NCBI GenBank assembly: GCA_022750115.1
Contig: JAKIWI010000003.1
Span: forward strand, 175,948-239,947
Direction: 5' to 3'
From: Thermoplasmata archaeon
GTDB taxonomy: Archaea; Thermoplasmatota; Thermoplasmata; Lutacidiplasmatales; UBA184
Length of the DNA: 64,000 bases
Both the position numbers and the translations under genes were made by a program. The notes under the pieces were generated by a model that was given only the letters and a program-made list of their open reading frames with translations, was not told where the DNA came from and did no database searches. How positions within the stretch are numbered: the stretch's first letter is position 1; each line of letters starts with the position of its first letter. Shown one piece after another: positions 18,560 to 28,166 of this stretch.

Positions 18560-18848
18560 CCTGCGTTCGCTCGACGGCGATCGTGTTCGTCTTCGCCGCC
18601 TCGTGCCGGAGCGCGAGGACCGGGGTGCACGGGAGCGAGCCGTACTATGCCCGCACGGCGTCCATCGTCGGAAACTCGAGCCGGACCACGCGCGACGGGT
18701 TCCAACCCCCGTCGAGGACGACCGGCGGACCTTGGACGGCGAGCGTTTTCCCGCCGAACTTCTCCCGCGCCGGGCCGAACAGCGTCCGGTCTTCGTTCGC
18801 CTTCTTCTCGTCGTGCCGGTCGATCTCGGTGATCACATAGGCGGGCAA
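18560..18848 (-). pseudogene. DUF1330 family pseudogene
   Basis: MPAYVI...FGGK.L..G...VLDGGW.P.RVV.LEFPTMDAVRA*YGS...LR..AA.T....VE; TAG at 18645-18647 replaces the conserved Trp; TTG start; native stop also lost. Confidence 0.75.
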
Positions 18849-19134
18849 TCCGGGGGCCTAGACTCCCGCGGCGCTACGCCGCGATTGCATTCGAGCGGAG
18901 CGGCGGCCGTCCGAAGTATCCGGTCCTTCCTAGACCGCTCTTGGGGGCCTTCAAACCGAACTCCGGCGACGATGGGCCGCCGGTCGGGTCGAGGATCGCG
19001 CCGAGCCGGATTCTTGACGAGTGGGGGGGGCATCAGTTCGCCGGCCGAACGGGCGGCGAGGGGATTCGCGACGTCACCCCACGACGGACTCGCGCGGAGG
19101 AACGACTTTCCCCTCAGTGACCGCTGGCCCGCCG

Positions 19135-19554
19135 ATGCGCCCAGTTCGATTGGCCCTGATCTCGGTTCTGGTCGCCGGCCTCGTGGTCGTGGCGGTTACC
19201 ACGGCCGCGCTCTGGCCGAAACCCGTCAGCTGCGGATCTGGTGGTGGGGCTCAATCGAACGGCGGTCCCCTGCCGGGTGGCGGAAGCTGGGCGAACGCGA
19301 GTGTGGCGACCGTCATGTTTCCGGGAGGAGCCCACGTCTCCTTCAACTGGTCGACCCCGGACGGGTCGGTCGCGACGTTCCGGGTGGTTTCCCCCGCGGG
19401 CGCTCAACTGTACGGCGTGACCGCGGCGAGTGGCTCGGGGACGTTCACCGCCGGCTCCTCCACTGGATCTGATGGGGGCTACGGGTTTGGAATTGGGTTG
19501 ACCCCAGCGAATGAGACCGTCGACTACGAGTATGCCTGCACCACGCTCAAATGA
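19135..19554 (+). CDS. Hypothetical secreted or membrane-anchored small beta protein
   Basis: N-terminal hydrophobic helix, G/S/T-rich beta-strand pattern, two Cys; ATGA overlap with the next gene. Confidence 0.7.
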   Translation: MRPVRLALISVLVAGLVVVAVTTAALWPKPVSCGSGGGAQSNGGPLPGGGSWANASVATVMFPGGAHVSFNWSTPDGSVATFRVVSPAGAQLYGVTAASGSGTFTAGSSTGSDGGYGFGIGLTPANETVDYEYACTTLK

Positions 19555-21011
19555 CCGACATGACCCCCGCCGGAGCCGACGCCGGTTCGTCGGCGCGGGA
19601 GGCTCGGGAGGCAGCGCCGGCAGCTCGGGAATCCGAGCCGGACCGAGACTCGGCATTCCGCCAACTGGAGGCGAATGAGCGCGACCTCCATTCTGCGCTC
19701 CTCGGGATTCTAGCGTTTGTCGTCGTCTATGCGTCGCTCGCGATGCTCGAGTGGATCGCGTGGGCGTGGGGAACGGGACTGTACGCCCTCCAATCCGAGC
19801 TGCCATTCCTGGTCTTCTTCGAGCTGGCGATCGTCTGCCTCGTCGTCGCCGGACTTTCGATGAGCCACCGACGTCGCCTCGAGTTGGAGCATATTCGCCG
19901 GCAGCTTCTGCATGGCCAGGAGGGGGGTCGGGGTTTCCACTCCCCTCTGGCGCACGCGGAGATGAACGCCGGCGTACTCCGCGGCCTCTCGCGCCAAGTG
20001 GACTCGCTCCTGCTCTGGCTGCCGTTTGCCATCGTCATGACCGTATGGATTGGACTGATCCTGTTGGGGAACCTGCTGGCCAGAGCGACGAACTCGACAC
20101 CGCTGGACCGGACGCTGGGCTTGGCCATCATCCTCATTGGGGTCCCACTCGCGGTAGCGATCTTCGGAGTGGGAGTTCTACTCGCAATCCGCAACTCGAC
20201 CCGGCGCCAAGTCCGCCTCTCGCGAGTTTCCCTCGAGTGGTGGAACGCGGAACCTCCAACCCCCGGAACCGGACCGGCCACCCAGGGCTCTGAAGTCCCG
20301 GGTGGCTCCACTCACCTGATTCCCATCCACCCATCCTTCGCCGTCGCGAGACTTCGGCGGCGTCGGAGTGAGGAGCGGCGGGCCGTCCTCGTAACCGCGG
20401 GGGGGGCCCTCCTCGCGATGGCCGCATTGGCTGGCGTCGCGGCTGGCTTGAGCTCCTACATCGCCGGCCCCCGCGACTGCTGCTGGGGTCTGTATGCTCC
20501 ATTCACGGGGGTCGTTTTCGGAATCCTGCTGGCGGGCTTCCTACCGCCTGCCTACGTGGGGATCCTCGTCCTCCGCCGAGCTTCGGACCCTCGTTCGACC
20601 GGCGGCGGGCGGGACGAAGTCGGATTGGCCGGCAACCGGATCTCAGACACCATCGCCTGGTTCGTCCAAGCGGAAACCCTCCGAGGTGGGCTCCGCGAGG
20701 ACGCACGAGACGCACTCTGGCTGGCCTGGTTCGCGACGGCGTGGTCGATCGGCGGTCTGTTCCTTCTTTGGACCTTCGGCATTCAGCCGGTCCGGATTTT
20801 TCCCGAGGGGGTCCCTGGTCTCGAAACGGGCCCGTTGGCTGCACTCGTCATCGGGGAGTCCGTCGTCGCTCTGGTGCCACTCGCCCTCGCAGCGTTCGCC
20901 ACAGCGCTGTGGATGCGCCGACGTCGGGATGATCTGGCCTCCGAGGACGAGTCCCGGTCCGTGCTCCAGGCATACGCCGCCCTCGAGCAGGGCTTTTGGG
21001 AACGGTTCTAA
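19551..21011 (+). CDS. Hypothetical polytopic membrane protein (about 8 TM)
   Basis: 486-aa ORF with four pairs of hydrophobic helices; less biased codon usage than core genes. Confidence 0.75.
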   Translation: MTDMTPAGADAGSSAREAREAAPAARESEPDRDSAFRQLEANERDLHSALLGILAFVVVYASLAMLEWIAWAWGTGLYALQSELPFLVFFELAIVCLVVAGLSMSHRRRLELEHIRRQLLHGQEGGRGFHSPLAHAEMNAGVLRGLSRQVDSLLLWLPFAIVMTVWIGLILLGNLLARATNSTPLDRTLGLAIILIGVPLAVAIFGVGVLLAIRNSTRRQVRLSRVSLEWWNAEPPTPGTGPATQGSEVPGGSTHLIPIHPSFAVARLRRRRSEERRAVLVTAGGALLAMAALAGVAAGLSSYIAGPRDCCWGLYAPFTGVVFGILLAGFLPPAYVGILVLRRASDPRSTGGGRDEVGLAGNRISDTIAWFVQAETLRGGLREDARDALWLAWFATAWSIGGLFLLWTFGIQPVRIFPEGVPGLETGPLAALVIGESVVALVPLALAAFATALWMRRRRDDLASEDESRSVLQAYAALEQGFWERF

Positions 21012-21020
21012 GGAGCCTGA

Positions 21021-21299
21021 TTGCCGGACCCACTCGAACGTCCAGACCTTTGGGTCGTGGCCCGACTGTTGGAGGCACTCACCGAGGGTGGAAGCCGGAT
21101 GAAGCGCACGCCGCTCCAGATGGCGACGGGCGTCAACTACACGGTCTTCAGCCGCTACCTTTCCTGGATGGCGCTTCGGGGCCTCGTGGATGTATCCTCA
21201 GAACCCGACGGCGCATCGTGGGTGACCCTCACCCCGAGAGGTGCGGCGGCGTATCGCTACCTCCGCGAGGGCATCGACAGGCTCGTCGGCGCAACGTGA
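21021..21299 (+). CDS. Winged helix-turn-helix protein (HTH_45-like)
   Basis: MKRTPLQMATGVNYTVFSRYLSWM...GLV......VTLTPRG. Confidence 0.85.
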   Translation: MPDPLERPDLWVVARLLEALTEGGSRMKRTPLQMATGVNYTVFSRYLSWMALRGLVDVSSEPDGASWVTLTPRGAAAYRYLREGIDRLVGAT

Positions 21300-21354
21300 C
21301 ACAACCGCGTATCCTGTTGCCGGCCCGCTCGTCGGGGTAGAACCGGCCCGTCGC

Positions 21355-22638
21355 CTACGACCGTTCGAGCGTCGCCGTGAGGCAGTGGGCCCCGCCATAC
21401 GCTCCCGTGAGGTTCTCGAGGGGAACCTGCGTCGAGTCGACCGCGAGGTCCCGGAACTCGGGCTTGTTCGGGAAAAAGCTCCCTTCGGCCCTGAGCTGAG
21501 AGAACTCCCGGGCCGCTCGCAGGTAGAGGCGGCCGTAGCGCGCCGGCTGGCGCTCCGCCGCCCTCCGGAGGTTCGCAAGGACCCGCTCGGCGTTCCGCCC
21601 CACGTCGGGCACGACGATGGTGCGGTCCTTCGTGGTCAGGAAGTTCGTGGCGTAGCACAGCTGTTCGAGGGTGGAGATGCCGACGACCCGGAAGCCGTGC
21701 GTCTCCTCCAGGTACGGGAGGAGCCGGGTCTCCCGGGACCTATGGTAGGCGCCCCCCTCGCGGAGGTAGATCTCGACCCGCGCGGCCTCGAGCATCTCGC
21801 GGTGCCCGACGGCGATCCCCTCGCCCGGGAAGTTGAGGTAGGTGTCGAGATGCATGTTCACCATCGGGTCCGGCGTCGGGAGGAGCGGGTGCCGCGGCTG
21901 GTGGACGACGCCGACCTCGGGGAAGCCGAGGCCGTGCTCGAGCACCTCGCGAACTCCGGTGGCGTTCGTGCGGTCGCCCGTTCCGAGGAGCGCGAACTCC
22001 CCCGCCGGTAGGAAGTCGCCCCCCTCGAACGTCCCCTTCACGACCTGGGCGACCGGCCGCTCGCCGGCGGCCCGCCACACGAAGGAGGTGATCTCGGTCT
22101 CCCCGCGCCGCTGGGGCTTGGCGAGCCGCCCGATCACGATCCCGCGGTCGGTGACCGCCTGCTGGTCCCGGAGGAAGAACAGGTTGGTGAGCGGCTTTCG
22201 CAACGTCGGGAAGGAGGAGACGGACCGGGTCCCGCGACCCCGCTCGAACCGGATCGTCGGGGAGAGGACGAGGATCTGGACGAGCTGCTCGCGGTCGAGC
22301 AGGCGGACGTTCTCGCGGAACTCCCGCCGCGCGCGGTCGGAGCCGGGGCCGTTGAACCGGACGGTCGCGAGCACCCGGTCGACGAGCTCGCGCGCCACCT
22401 CCGCGCGGCGTCCCGCCGCCTCGAGCAGCAGCTCGTCCGGGTTCAGGACGTGTACGCCGAAGCCGGTCCGGAGCGTGTGGACGAGCTCCTCGTGTTCCCG
22501 GCGGGCCTTTTGCAGGCTGAACACGCGCTCGTAGAGGCTCGTGTACGGCTCGAGAAGCCCGAAGAACGCCTCGAGACCGGGGGGACGCGCTGCCACCCGT
22601 CGGAGCGGGTGCCACTCGGCGAGCGCCCGGGCGGTCAC
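21355..22638 (-). CDS. arcA: Arginine deiminase
   Basis: AEW..LRRV, NLFFLRD, FEGGD, MHLDTY, GGAHCLT catalytic residues. Confidence 0.9.
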   Translation of the reverse strand: MTARALAEWHPLRRVAARPPGLEAFFGLLEPYTSLYERVFSLQKARREHEELVHTLRTGFGVHVLNPDELLLEAAGRRAEVARELVDRVLATVRFNGPGSDRARREFRENVRLLDREQLVQILVLSPTIRFERGRGTRSVSSFPTLRKPLTNLFFLRDQQAVTDRGIVIGRLAKPQRRGETEITSFVWRAAGERPVAQVVKGTFEGGDFLPAGEFALLGTGDRTNATGVREVLEHGLGFPEVGVVHQPRHPLLPTPDPMVNMHLDTYLNFPGEGIAVGHREMLEAARVEIYLREGGAYHRSRETRLLPYLEETHGFRVVGISTLEQLCYATNFLTTKDRTIVVPDVGRNAERVLANLRRAAERQPARYGRLYLRAAREFSQLRAEGSFFPNKPEFRDLAVDSTQVPLENLTGAYGGAHCLTATLERS

Positions 22639-22752
22639 GTCGACCTGAGTCGTATCCGTCCCGGGGGCGCATATAGATGTCCCGGACCGCTCCCCGTCGC
22701 CGAGACGCGGCGGATCGCCCGGGCCGGCCGCGTCCGGGTGCCCGCGGCGCGC

Positions 22753-25722
22753 CTAGGGCTCCGACTCGGGGGATTCGACGATCTCGCCCTCGAGGGCAGC
22801 CGAGGGAGGGCCGCGGCGGGAGCGCAGCACCAGCGCGAGCGCCGCGATCGCGAGGATCCCGACGATCGCGACCACCGCGACCCCCTCCTCCAGGGCCGAG
22901 AGGCCCGCGCTGGGGGGGCCAAAGTTGGTCGGGGGCGCTATGATCGTGAGATTGGCGAACGCCGACATCGTCGTGCCGGCAAACGTGCCGTTCACCTCGA
23001 CCTCGACGACCCCGGCGGTCGAGCCCCCGACGACCGAGACGACGCCCCCGCTGCTGCGGTTCAGCGACCCGAGCGCGGCGGGGGCGAGGGACCATTCGAA
23101 CGACACGCCGGTGAGCGCGTGGCCCGTGGAGTCGGTCGCGCTCGCCGCGAACTGGGCGCTCGCGCCGAAGTCGACGGTCGCGGTCGTCGGGGAGACCGTG
23201 ACCCTGCCGAGCATCACCGGGCCCGTCGTGACGTTCAGCGAGAGCACGGCGCTGGTGACGCGGTTCGCCCCGGCGTCGGAGACCGTGACCGTCACGTCGA
23301 AACTGCCAGCGGCGCTCGGTCGACAGGCGTCCTGGGTCGCGTTCGCGCTCGCGCAACCGGTCGGCAGCCCGTTCCAGACGATTGCGTAGGGGACGACCCC
23401 GCCGGAGATCGTGACCGAAAGTGTCGTGTTCGAGCCCGCGGCCACCGGATTCACGGTCGCTGTCGGGGCGCTCACGAGTAACGGGACCGGCACGCTCACC
23501 GCACCAAGCGCCCACCAGCTCCCCGTGCCGAACCCGCCTCCCTCGCCGGGCGCGTCGAATCCAAACTCGTAGCCGTCGGAGCGGTCATCGACGAACGCGA
23601 CGCCCGCGCCGTTCGTCGGCCCGGGCCCCACGAGCGAGGTTACGTTCGTCCAGACGCCGGATCGGTACGTCCACGTGTCCGCGAGCTCAATCTGGTTGCA
23701 CGATGTGAAGTTCGGGCCGCTGATGCAGTGGTACCCGTAGCCGCCGAACAGGACGTCCGCCCCGAATGCGGGGCTGTAAACCGCCCCCGCCGTAGCGCGG
23801 ATGGGTGGGCTGTGGGCGACGGCATGGAGGCTCCACGCCCCGGCCACCCAGGTCCACGTGTCGTTGCAGAGCCCCCCGATGCTCGACCGGCTGCAGACGC
23901 CGCCGAACAGGACGACGCCGAGGTCGGTGGGGTCGTCCGCCATCGTCGCACCGCTCCGGGTGGAGGGGGAGAAACCCACCGGCGTCGCGTTCGTCCATTT
24001 CCCGGCATGGAACGACCAGGTGGCGTTGAAGTCCGAGATTCGCGCGGCCCCGCCGAAGAGGACAACTTGCTGGCTCGTGGAGTCATAGGCGGCGGACGCG
24101 GAGACGGCCCCCGAGGGTCCTCCCGCGCTCGAGGTGAGGTTCGTCCAGGTCCCGTTCGCCCAGGTCCAGGTGTCGTTGTAGTAGACCACCCCGAGAGGGC
24201 CTCCGACGATCGCCTCCCCGCCCCACAGGACGAGCTCGTGGTCGGCCGGGTCGTCGGTCAGGACCCCGGCCACACGACCCGGGGGACTTCGGGACGGATG
24301 GAGCAGCGTCCACGCTCCGTGCGCGTAACTCCAGGTGTCGTTGAGACCGGAGCCTCCGAACAGGATCACGCCGTCGGTCGCCGTGTCGTACGCCATCATC
24401 GGAGCGAGACGTGGCGTCGGGGAACTGGCGTTCCCGGCGGGCGTCCACGTCCCCGCGACGAGGGTCCAGGTGTCGTTGAACGGGGTCTGGTTGAACTGGT
24501 CGTACCCCCCGAAGAGGAACACACCCCCGATGCCGGGGTCGTCCGCCATCGCCGGGATGACCCGCGAAGAGGGCGCGGTCGCGCCGGTCGCGAGGCGTGC
24601 CCAGGTTCCGTTGTGGAATCGCCAGGTGTCGCGGGGCTCGGCGGGTAGGAGCGTGCCGTTCGGAGGGGGGAGGTACCCGCCGAACACCACCGCGCCGCCG
24701 TCCGTCGAGTCCGTGGTGATCCCCCCATCGATCCGGGGTCCAGGGGTGCCGACCGCGACGGAGGTGAGGTTCGTCCAGCGGTTGCCGGTGAACGTCCAGG
24801 TCTGGTTCGGGTAGGACTGAGCCGCCACTCCGCCGGAGAACAGCACGACGCCGCCGCTGCCCGCGTCGGCGGCCATCAGGGGGTAAGAGCTCGCGGCGGG
24901 GGAGGAGGTCTGGTTGCCCGTGACGTTCGACCAGCGGCCCGCGACGAGCTCCCAGGTCCCGTTCACCGCGGCGTTGGTTCGGTTGAAGCCTCCGAACAGA
25001 ACGGCCGCGGAGTCGTTGGCATCGTAGGCGAAACCCCCGCCGTAGCGGGGAGGCGGAGCCGGGCCGAGGCCCGCTCCGATCTGGGTCCAGGCTCCTCCCC
25101 GGAACGACCAGGAGTCGTTCGCGACCGTGAAGTTCGTCGAGACGAGGACCGCTCCACCGAACAGGACGACCGCGCCGAGAGCGGGGTCGTAGGTCATCGA
25201 ACCGAGCTCCCGGGCCGGGGGCGATGCGGTCAGCGAACTTGTCCGGTTCGTCCACGTTCCGTTCGCGTACGTCCACGTCGAGCCGGGGTCGAACAAGCCC
25301 CCGAAGCTCAGGACGAAGCCATCGACCGGGTCGTAACACATCGAAGGACCGTAGCGGACATCAGTCCGGCCGAGCTGATGCCACCCGCCCAGTACGGACG
25401 GAGCGGCGTTGCCCATCGCGCGGGGGGTCTCGCACGTCAGGGGGTCCCAGCAGCCGATCCGAGCCGGCCAGCCCTCCGGGAGCGGCGCGCGCTGCGCCGG
25501 TCCCCCGCCGTCGGCCAGCGACCGTTGCGCGGCGCCCAGCCGCTCCGCCGCGATCGCGGCCGAATCGGCAGACGGGGACGCGGGTGCGAACGCACCGGCC
25601 GAGGTGGGGACGACGGCGCCGGAACCATGGCTGGCGACGTGGGTCCCTGCGAGCCCGGAAACGAGGAGGAGGAGAAGAACGACGACCGCGAACGGCGCCC
25701 GGAAGGTCGGATGGCCCGGCAC
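22753..25722 (-). CDS. Cell-surface protein: 12 kelch-like repeats, Ig-like domains, C-terminal TM anchor
   Basis: Signal peptide; repeated YD.....VLFGG....NDTW....G.WTN; many N-x-S/T sequons; TM followed by RSRR. Confidence 0.88.
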   Translation of the reverse strand: MPGHPTFRAPFAVVVLLLLLVSGLAGTHVASHGSGAVVPTSAGAFAPASPSADSAAIAAERLGAAQRSLADGGGPAQRAPLPEGWPARIGCWDPLTCETPRAMGNAAPSVLGGWHQLGRTDVRYGPSMCYDPVDGFVLSFGGLFDPGSTWTYANGTWTNRTSSLTASPPARELGSMTYDPALGAVVLFGGAVLVSTNFTVANDSWSFRGGAWTQIGAGLGPAPPPRYGGGFAYDANDSAAVLFGGFNRTNAAVNGTWELVAGRWSNVTGNQTSSPAASSYPLMAADAGSGGVVLFSGGVAAQSYPNQTWTFTGNRWTNLTSVAVGTPGPRIDGGITTDSTDGGAVVFGGYLPPPNGTLLPAEPRDTWRFHNGTWARLATGATAPSSRVIPAMADDPGIGGVFLFGGYDQFNQTPFNDTWTLVAGTWTPAGNASSPTPRLAPMMAYDTATDGVILFGGSGLNDTWSYAHGAWTLLHPSRSPPGRVAGVLTDDPADHELVLWGGEAIVGGPLGVVYYNDTWTWANGTWTNLTSSAGGPSGAVSASAAYDSTSQQVVLFGGAARISDFNATWSFHAGKWTNATPVGFSPSTRSGATMADDPTDLGVVLFGGVCSRSSIGGLCNDTWTWVAGAWSLHAVAHSPPIRATAGAVYSPAFGADVLFGGYGYHCISGPNFTSCNQIELADTWTYRSGVWTNVTSLVGPGPTNGAGVAFVDDRSDGYEFGFDAPGEGGGFGTGSWWALGAVSVPVPLLVSAPTATVNPVAAGSNTTLSVTISGGVVPYAIVWNGLPTGCASANATQDACRPSAAGSFDVTVTVSDAGANRVTSAVLSLNVTTGPVMLGRVTVSPTTATVDFGASAQFAASATDSTGHALTGVSFEWSLAPAALGSLNRSSGGVVSVVGGSTAGVVEVEVNGTFAGTTMSAFANLTIIAPPTNFGPPSAGLSALEEGVAVVAIVGILAIAALALVLRSRRGPPSAALEGEIVESPESEP

Positions 25723-25834
25723 GAGAGGGTCGAGTGGCAGGCTCCCCTTTAGGGTTCAGGAGCGGCCCGGTCCGCAGTACAGTGGAAAATGGCGGGTCCG
25801 GTTCCCACCAGGAGGAGGCGGGGCCAGCCGATCC

Positions 25835-26272
25835 TCAGGGAGGGGATTCGGGCTCGTTCCCCGGGGAGTGCCACTGCTTCATCGGAGTGCGGCGGACGCC
25901 GGCGATCCGCGCCGCGGCGTTCTTCGTCCCTTCGACCGCCCGGGCTCCGGCGGATTCGATCGCATCACCCGTGGCGTTCGCGAAACGGCTCGACGCCGAA
26001 CCGATCGCTCCGCCGGCCCTCGAGACGGCCGAGCCGACCTGGTGCGGAAGCGCGTGCAGTTCGTGGTCGATGGACCGGCTGAGCGCGGTGAAGTCGTCTC
26101 GGATGTCCTCCATCGCGTACTTCGCATCCTTCGAGGTGAGCTTCCCGAGCCGGTCGATCTTCTCGTCGATCGTGCTGATCTCGGTCGCGAAATCGCGGCC
26201 GAGGCCCCCGACGGCTCGGCGCATCTCTTTCAGGTGCTCGCGGAACTGGACCTGCTCGTCGGTGTCGGGCAT
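25835..26272 (-). CDS. Hypothetical amphipathic helical protein
   Basis: 145 aa, strong codon bias, TTATA upstream (about 26308-26316). Confidence 0.75.
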   Translation of the reverse strand: MPDTDEQVQFREHLKEMRRAVGGLGRDFATEISTIDEKIDRLGKLTSKDAKYAMEDIRDDFTALSRSIDHELHALPHQVGSAVSRAGGAIGSASSRFANATGDAIESAGARAVEGTKNAAARIAGVRRTPMKQWHSPGNEPESPP

Positions 26273-26342
26273 CGTCGGAACTCCAAGGATTTTACCCCGA
26301 CCATCGGGTATAACCCTATGTCCCGAGTGGAAGGGGGAGTCG

Positions 26343-28166
26343 CTACCCGCCCATTCGTCGGTCGGACTTCCGTCGGCGGCCCTTCGCCGTGGCGGCTCCG
26401 GGCGCGGGCGATGCCGCCACCGGCCGCGGCGCGGGGAGCGGGTTCACCGGCTGACGGATCGTCTCCGAGGTTCCGATCCACCGGACGAGGAGCTCGACGC
26501 CGAGACGATTCGGGTCGGTCACGACCATCGTGCCTTCGAGCGTCCGGGTGATCTCCCTCGCCGCGGCCTCGTACTCCGGATGCTCGGACCGGATCAGGAT
26601 CAGGGAGAACTTCAGGGGACGAACGGTCGCGAGCTCGCGCGCGCGGCCGAGCGCGGCCTCCATCGCCATCGGGAGGTTGCCCGAGCGGACCGAGCCGTCC
26701 GAGTCGGTGTACGCCTCCGGCAGACCGTCGGTGACCAGGTACACCTCGCGCCGGGTCGCGCGCGAGGCGCGCAGGAGGAGGAACGCCGTGCGGAGCGCCT
26801 CCGCCGTGTTCGTGAACGCCCCGGGCGTGCACTCCCACAGCTCGACGAGGTCGAGCAGGTCGACGCGGTTGTCGAACGCGACGACGTCGATCGTGGCGTC
26901 GGGGTGCCGCCGGCGGATTGCCACGTAGAGCGCGAGCAGCGCCTTCTTCGCCGCCGGGAGCTTCTCTCCCTCGGCCATGCTGCCGGAGCGGTCGAACGCG
27001 AGCACGACGTGCACGCGCTCGCTCGTCACCTCCCGATAGACGTAGCTCGTCGATTCGTCGATGTGCCGCAGCCCGGCTTGGCGAGCCGCGAGGATCGAGC
27101 TGGGGAGATCCAGGTGGGCGATCTCCTCCGGTTGACGGAGCCGCGCCTTCTCGTAGACCCCGGTCGACGCACCGCCGGCGAGCGAGAGGCGCGCGTCGGC
27201 GGGGAGCTGGCGGGTCTCCTCCTCGAGCACGAGGCGGGCGAACCGCTCGACGAGGCCGTACGTGACGGCGAGGGTGCCGTCCTTCTCGGTCACGAACCCG
27301 CGCTCCTTCATCTCGCGCTCGAGACGGCGGGACTCGGCGTCGCGGACGCGACCCCGTTCCTCCTCCTCGGCCCTCCGGCGGGCTTCCTCCCGCTCGGCGG
27401 CGAGGGCGCGGCGCTGCTCCTCGGCTTGGCGGCGCTTCTCCTCCGCCTCGCGCCGGAGGTCGCGCTCGCGGGCGCTGAGGGTCTGGTCGACCCGTTCGGT
27501 GAGCTGCTGCCGTTCGTCCGGAGTCAACCGGGCGATCGCCTCCCCGAGGTCCGAGGAACCGATCGACCGACCGCCCTCCCCCAGACGGGCGAAGACCACC
27601 GACCGCGCGCCCCGAACTTTCGGGGCGCGGGTCGGCGTTCGGCCGAACAGCGACCGGAACCAAGCGATGAGGCGAGCGAACCACGCGCGCAGTCGTGCGA
27701 CGAACGAGGGCTTCTCCGGTTGCATCCACGGAGCGTCGGGGAGCAGAAGCGCGCTGCGGACATCGTCGACGAACCCGTCGTCGATCTTCGACCAGTCGAG
27801 CCCCCGGGCGCGGCGACGCCGATCCTCGGCGTTCGCGAGCTCCGCCGCCAGCTCCGCCTCGGTCCTTCGCCGGACCGTCTCGAGCTCGCCCTCGCGCCGG
27901 TCGTACTCGCCCATCACCCGCTGGACGCGCCGCGACGCCTGGCGACGCAGGCGCTCGCGGAGCGCCGCGATCCGCGCGGCGAGCGTGCTGTCGCGGGCCG
28001 CCTGCTCGGCGACGAGCGCCTTCGCGGCGTCGACGCCGCCCTCGGCGAGGGCGCGGACCAGCGCCGCCCGGTCGACGAGGTCGAGGATGTCGGTCGAGCC
28101 GACGTCCTCGGGGAACTGGGTGCAGTCCGGGAGCTCGATCGCGGTCTCAGAGGCGGGCGTCGTCGT
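26343..28166 (-). CDS. VWA domain protein with coiled coil; start uncertain (first canonical start is GTG 27917, but the coding-like frame extends to about 28166)
   Basis: MIDAS DRSGSM, FTN, VTDG; E/R-rich coiled coil; directly downstream of the AAA+ gene. Confidence 0.85.
   Translation of the reverse strand, partial: TTTPASETAIELPDCTQFPEDVGSTDILDLVDRAALVRALAEGGVDAAKALVAEQAARDSTLAARIAALRERLRRQASRRVQRVMGEYDRREGELETVRRRTEAELAAELANAEDRRRRARGLDWSKIDDGFVDDVRSALLLPDAPWMQPEKPSFVARLRAWFARLIAWFRSLFGRTPTRAPKVRGARSVVFARLGEGGRSIGSSDLGEAIARLTPDERQQLTERVDQTLSARERDLRREAEEKRRQAEEQRRALAAEREEARRRAEEEERGRVRDAESRRLEREMKERGFVTEKDGTLAVTYGLVERFARLVLEEETRQLPADARLSLAGGASTGVYEKARLRQPEEIAHLDLPSSILAARQAGLRHIDESTSYVYREVTSERVHVVLAFDRSGSMAEGEKLPAAKKALLALYVAIRRRHPDATIDVVAFDNRVDLLDLVELWECTPGAFTNTAEALRTAFLLLRASRATRREVYLVTDGLPEAYTDSDGSVRSGNLPMAMEAALGRARELATVRPLKFSLILIRSEHPEYEAAAREITRTLEGTMVVTDPNRLGVELLVRWIGTSETIRQPVNPLPAPRPVAASPAPGAATAKGRRRKSDRRMGG

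Noticed and set aside
18645-18647. In-frame TAG in the DUF1330 gene as possible pyrrolysine or amber recoding
   Set aside because: It replaces a conserved Trp (TGG>TAG) in a gene with other signs of decay. Core genes (flpA, pstS, both pilus ATPases) end at TAG where expected, and no pyl genes are in the window.
21355-22638. Complete arginine deiminase fermentation operon
   Set aside because: Only arcA is present; arcB, arcC and arcD are not in the window.
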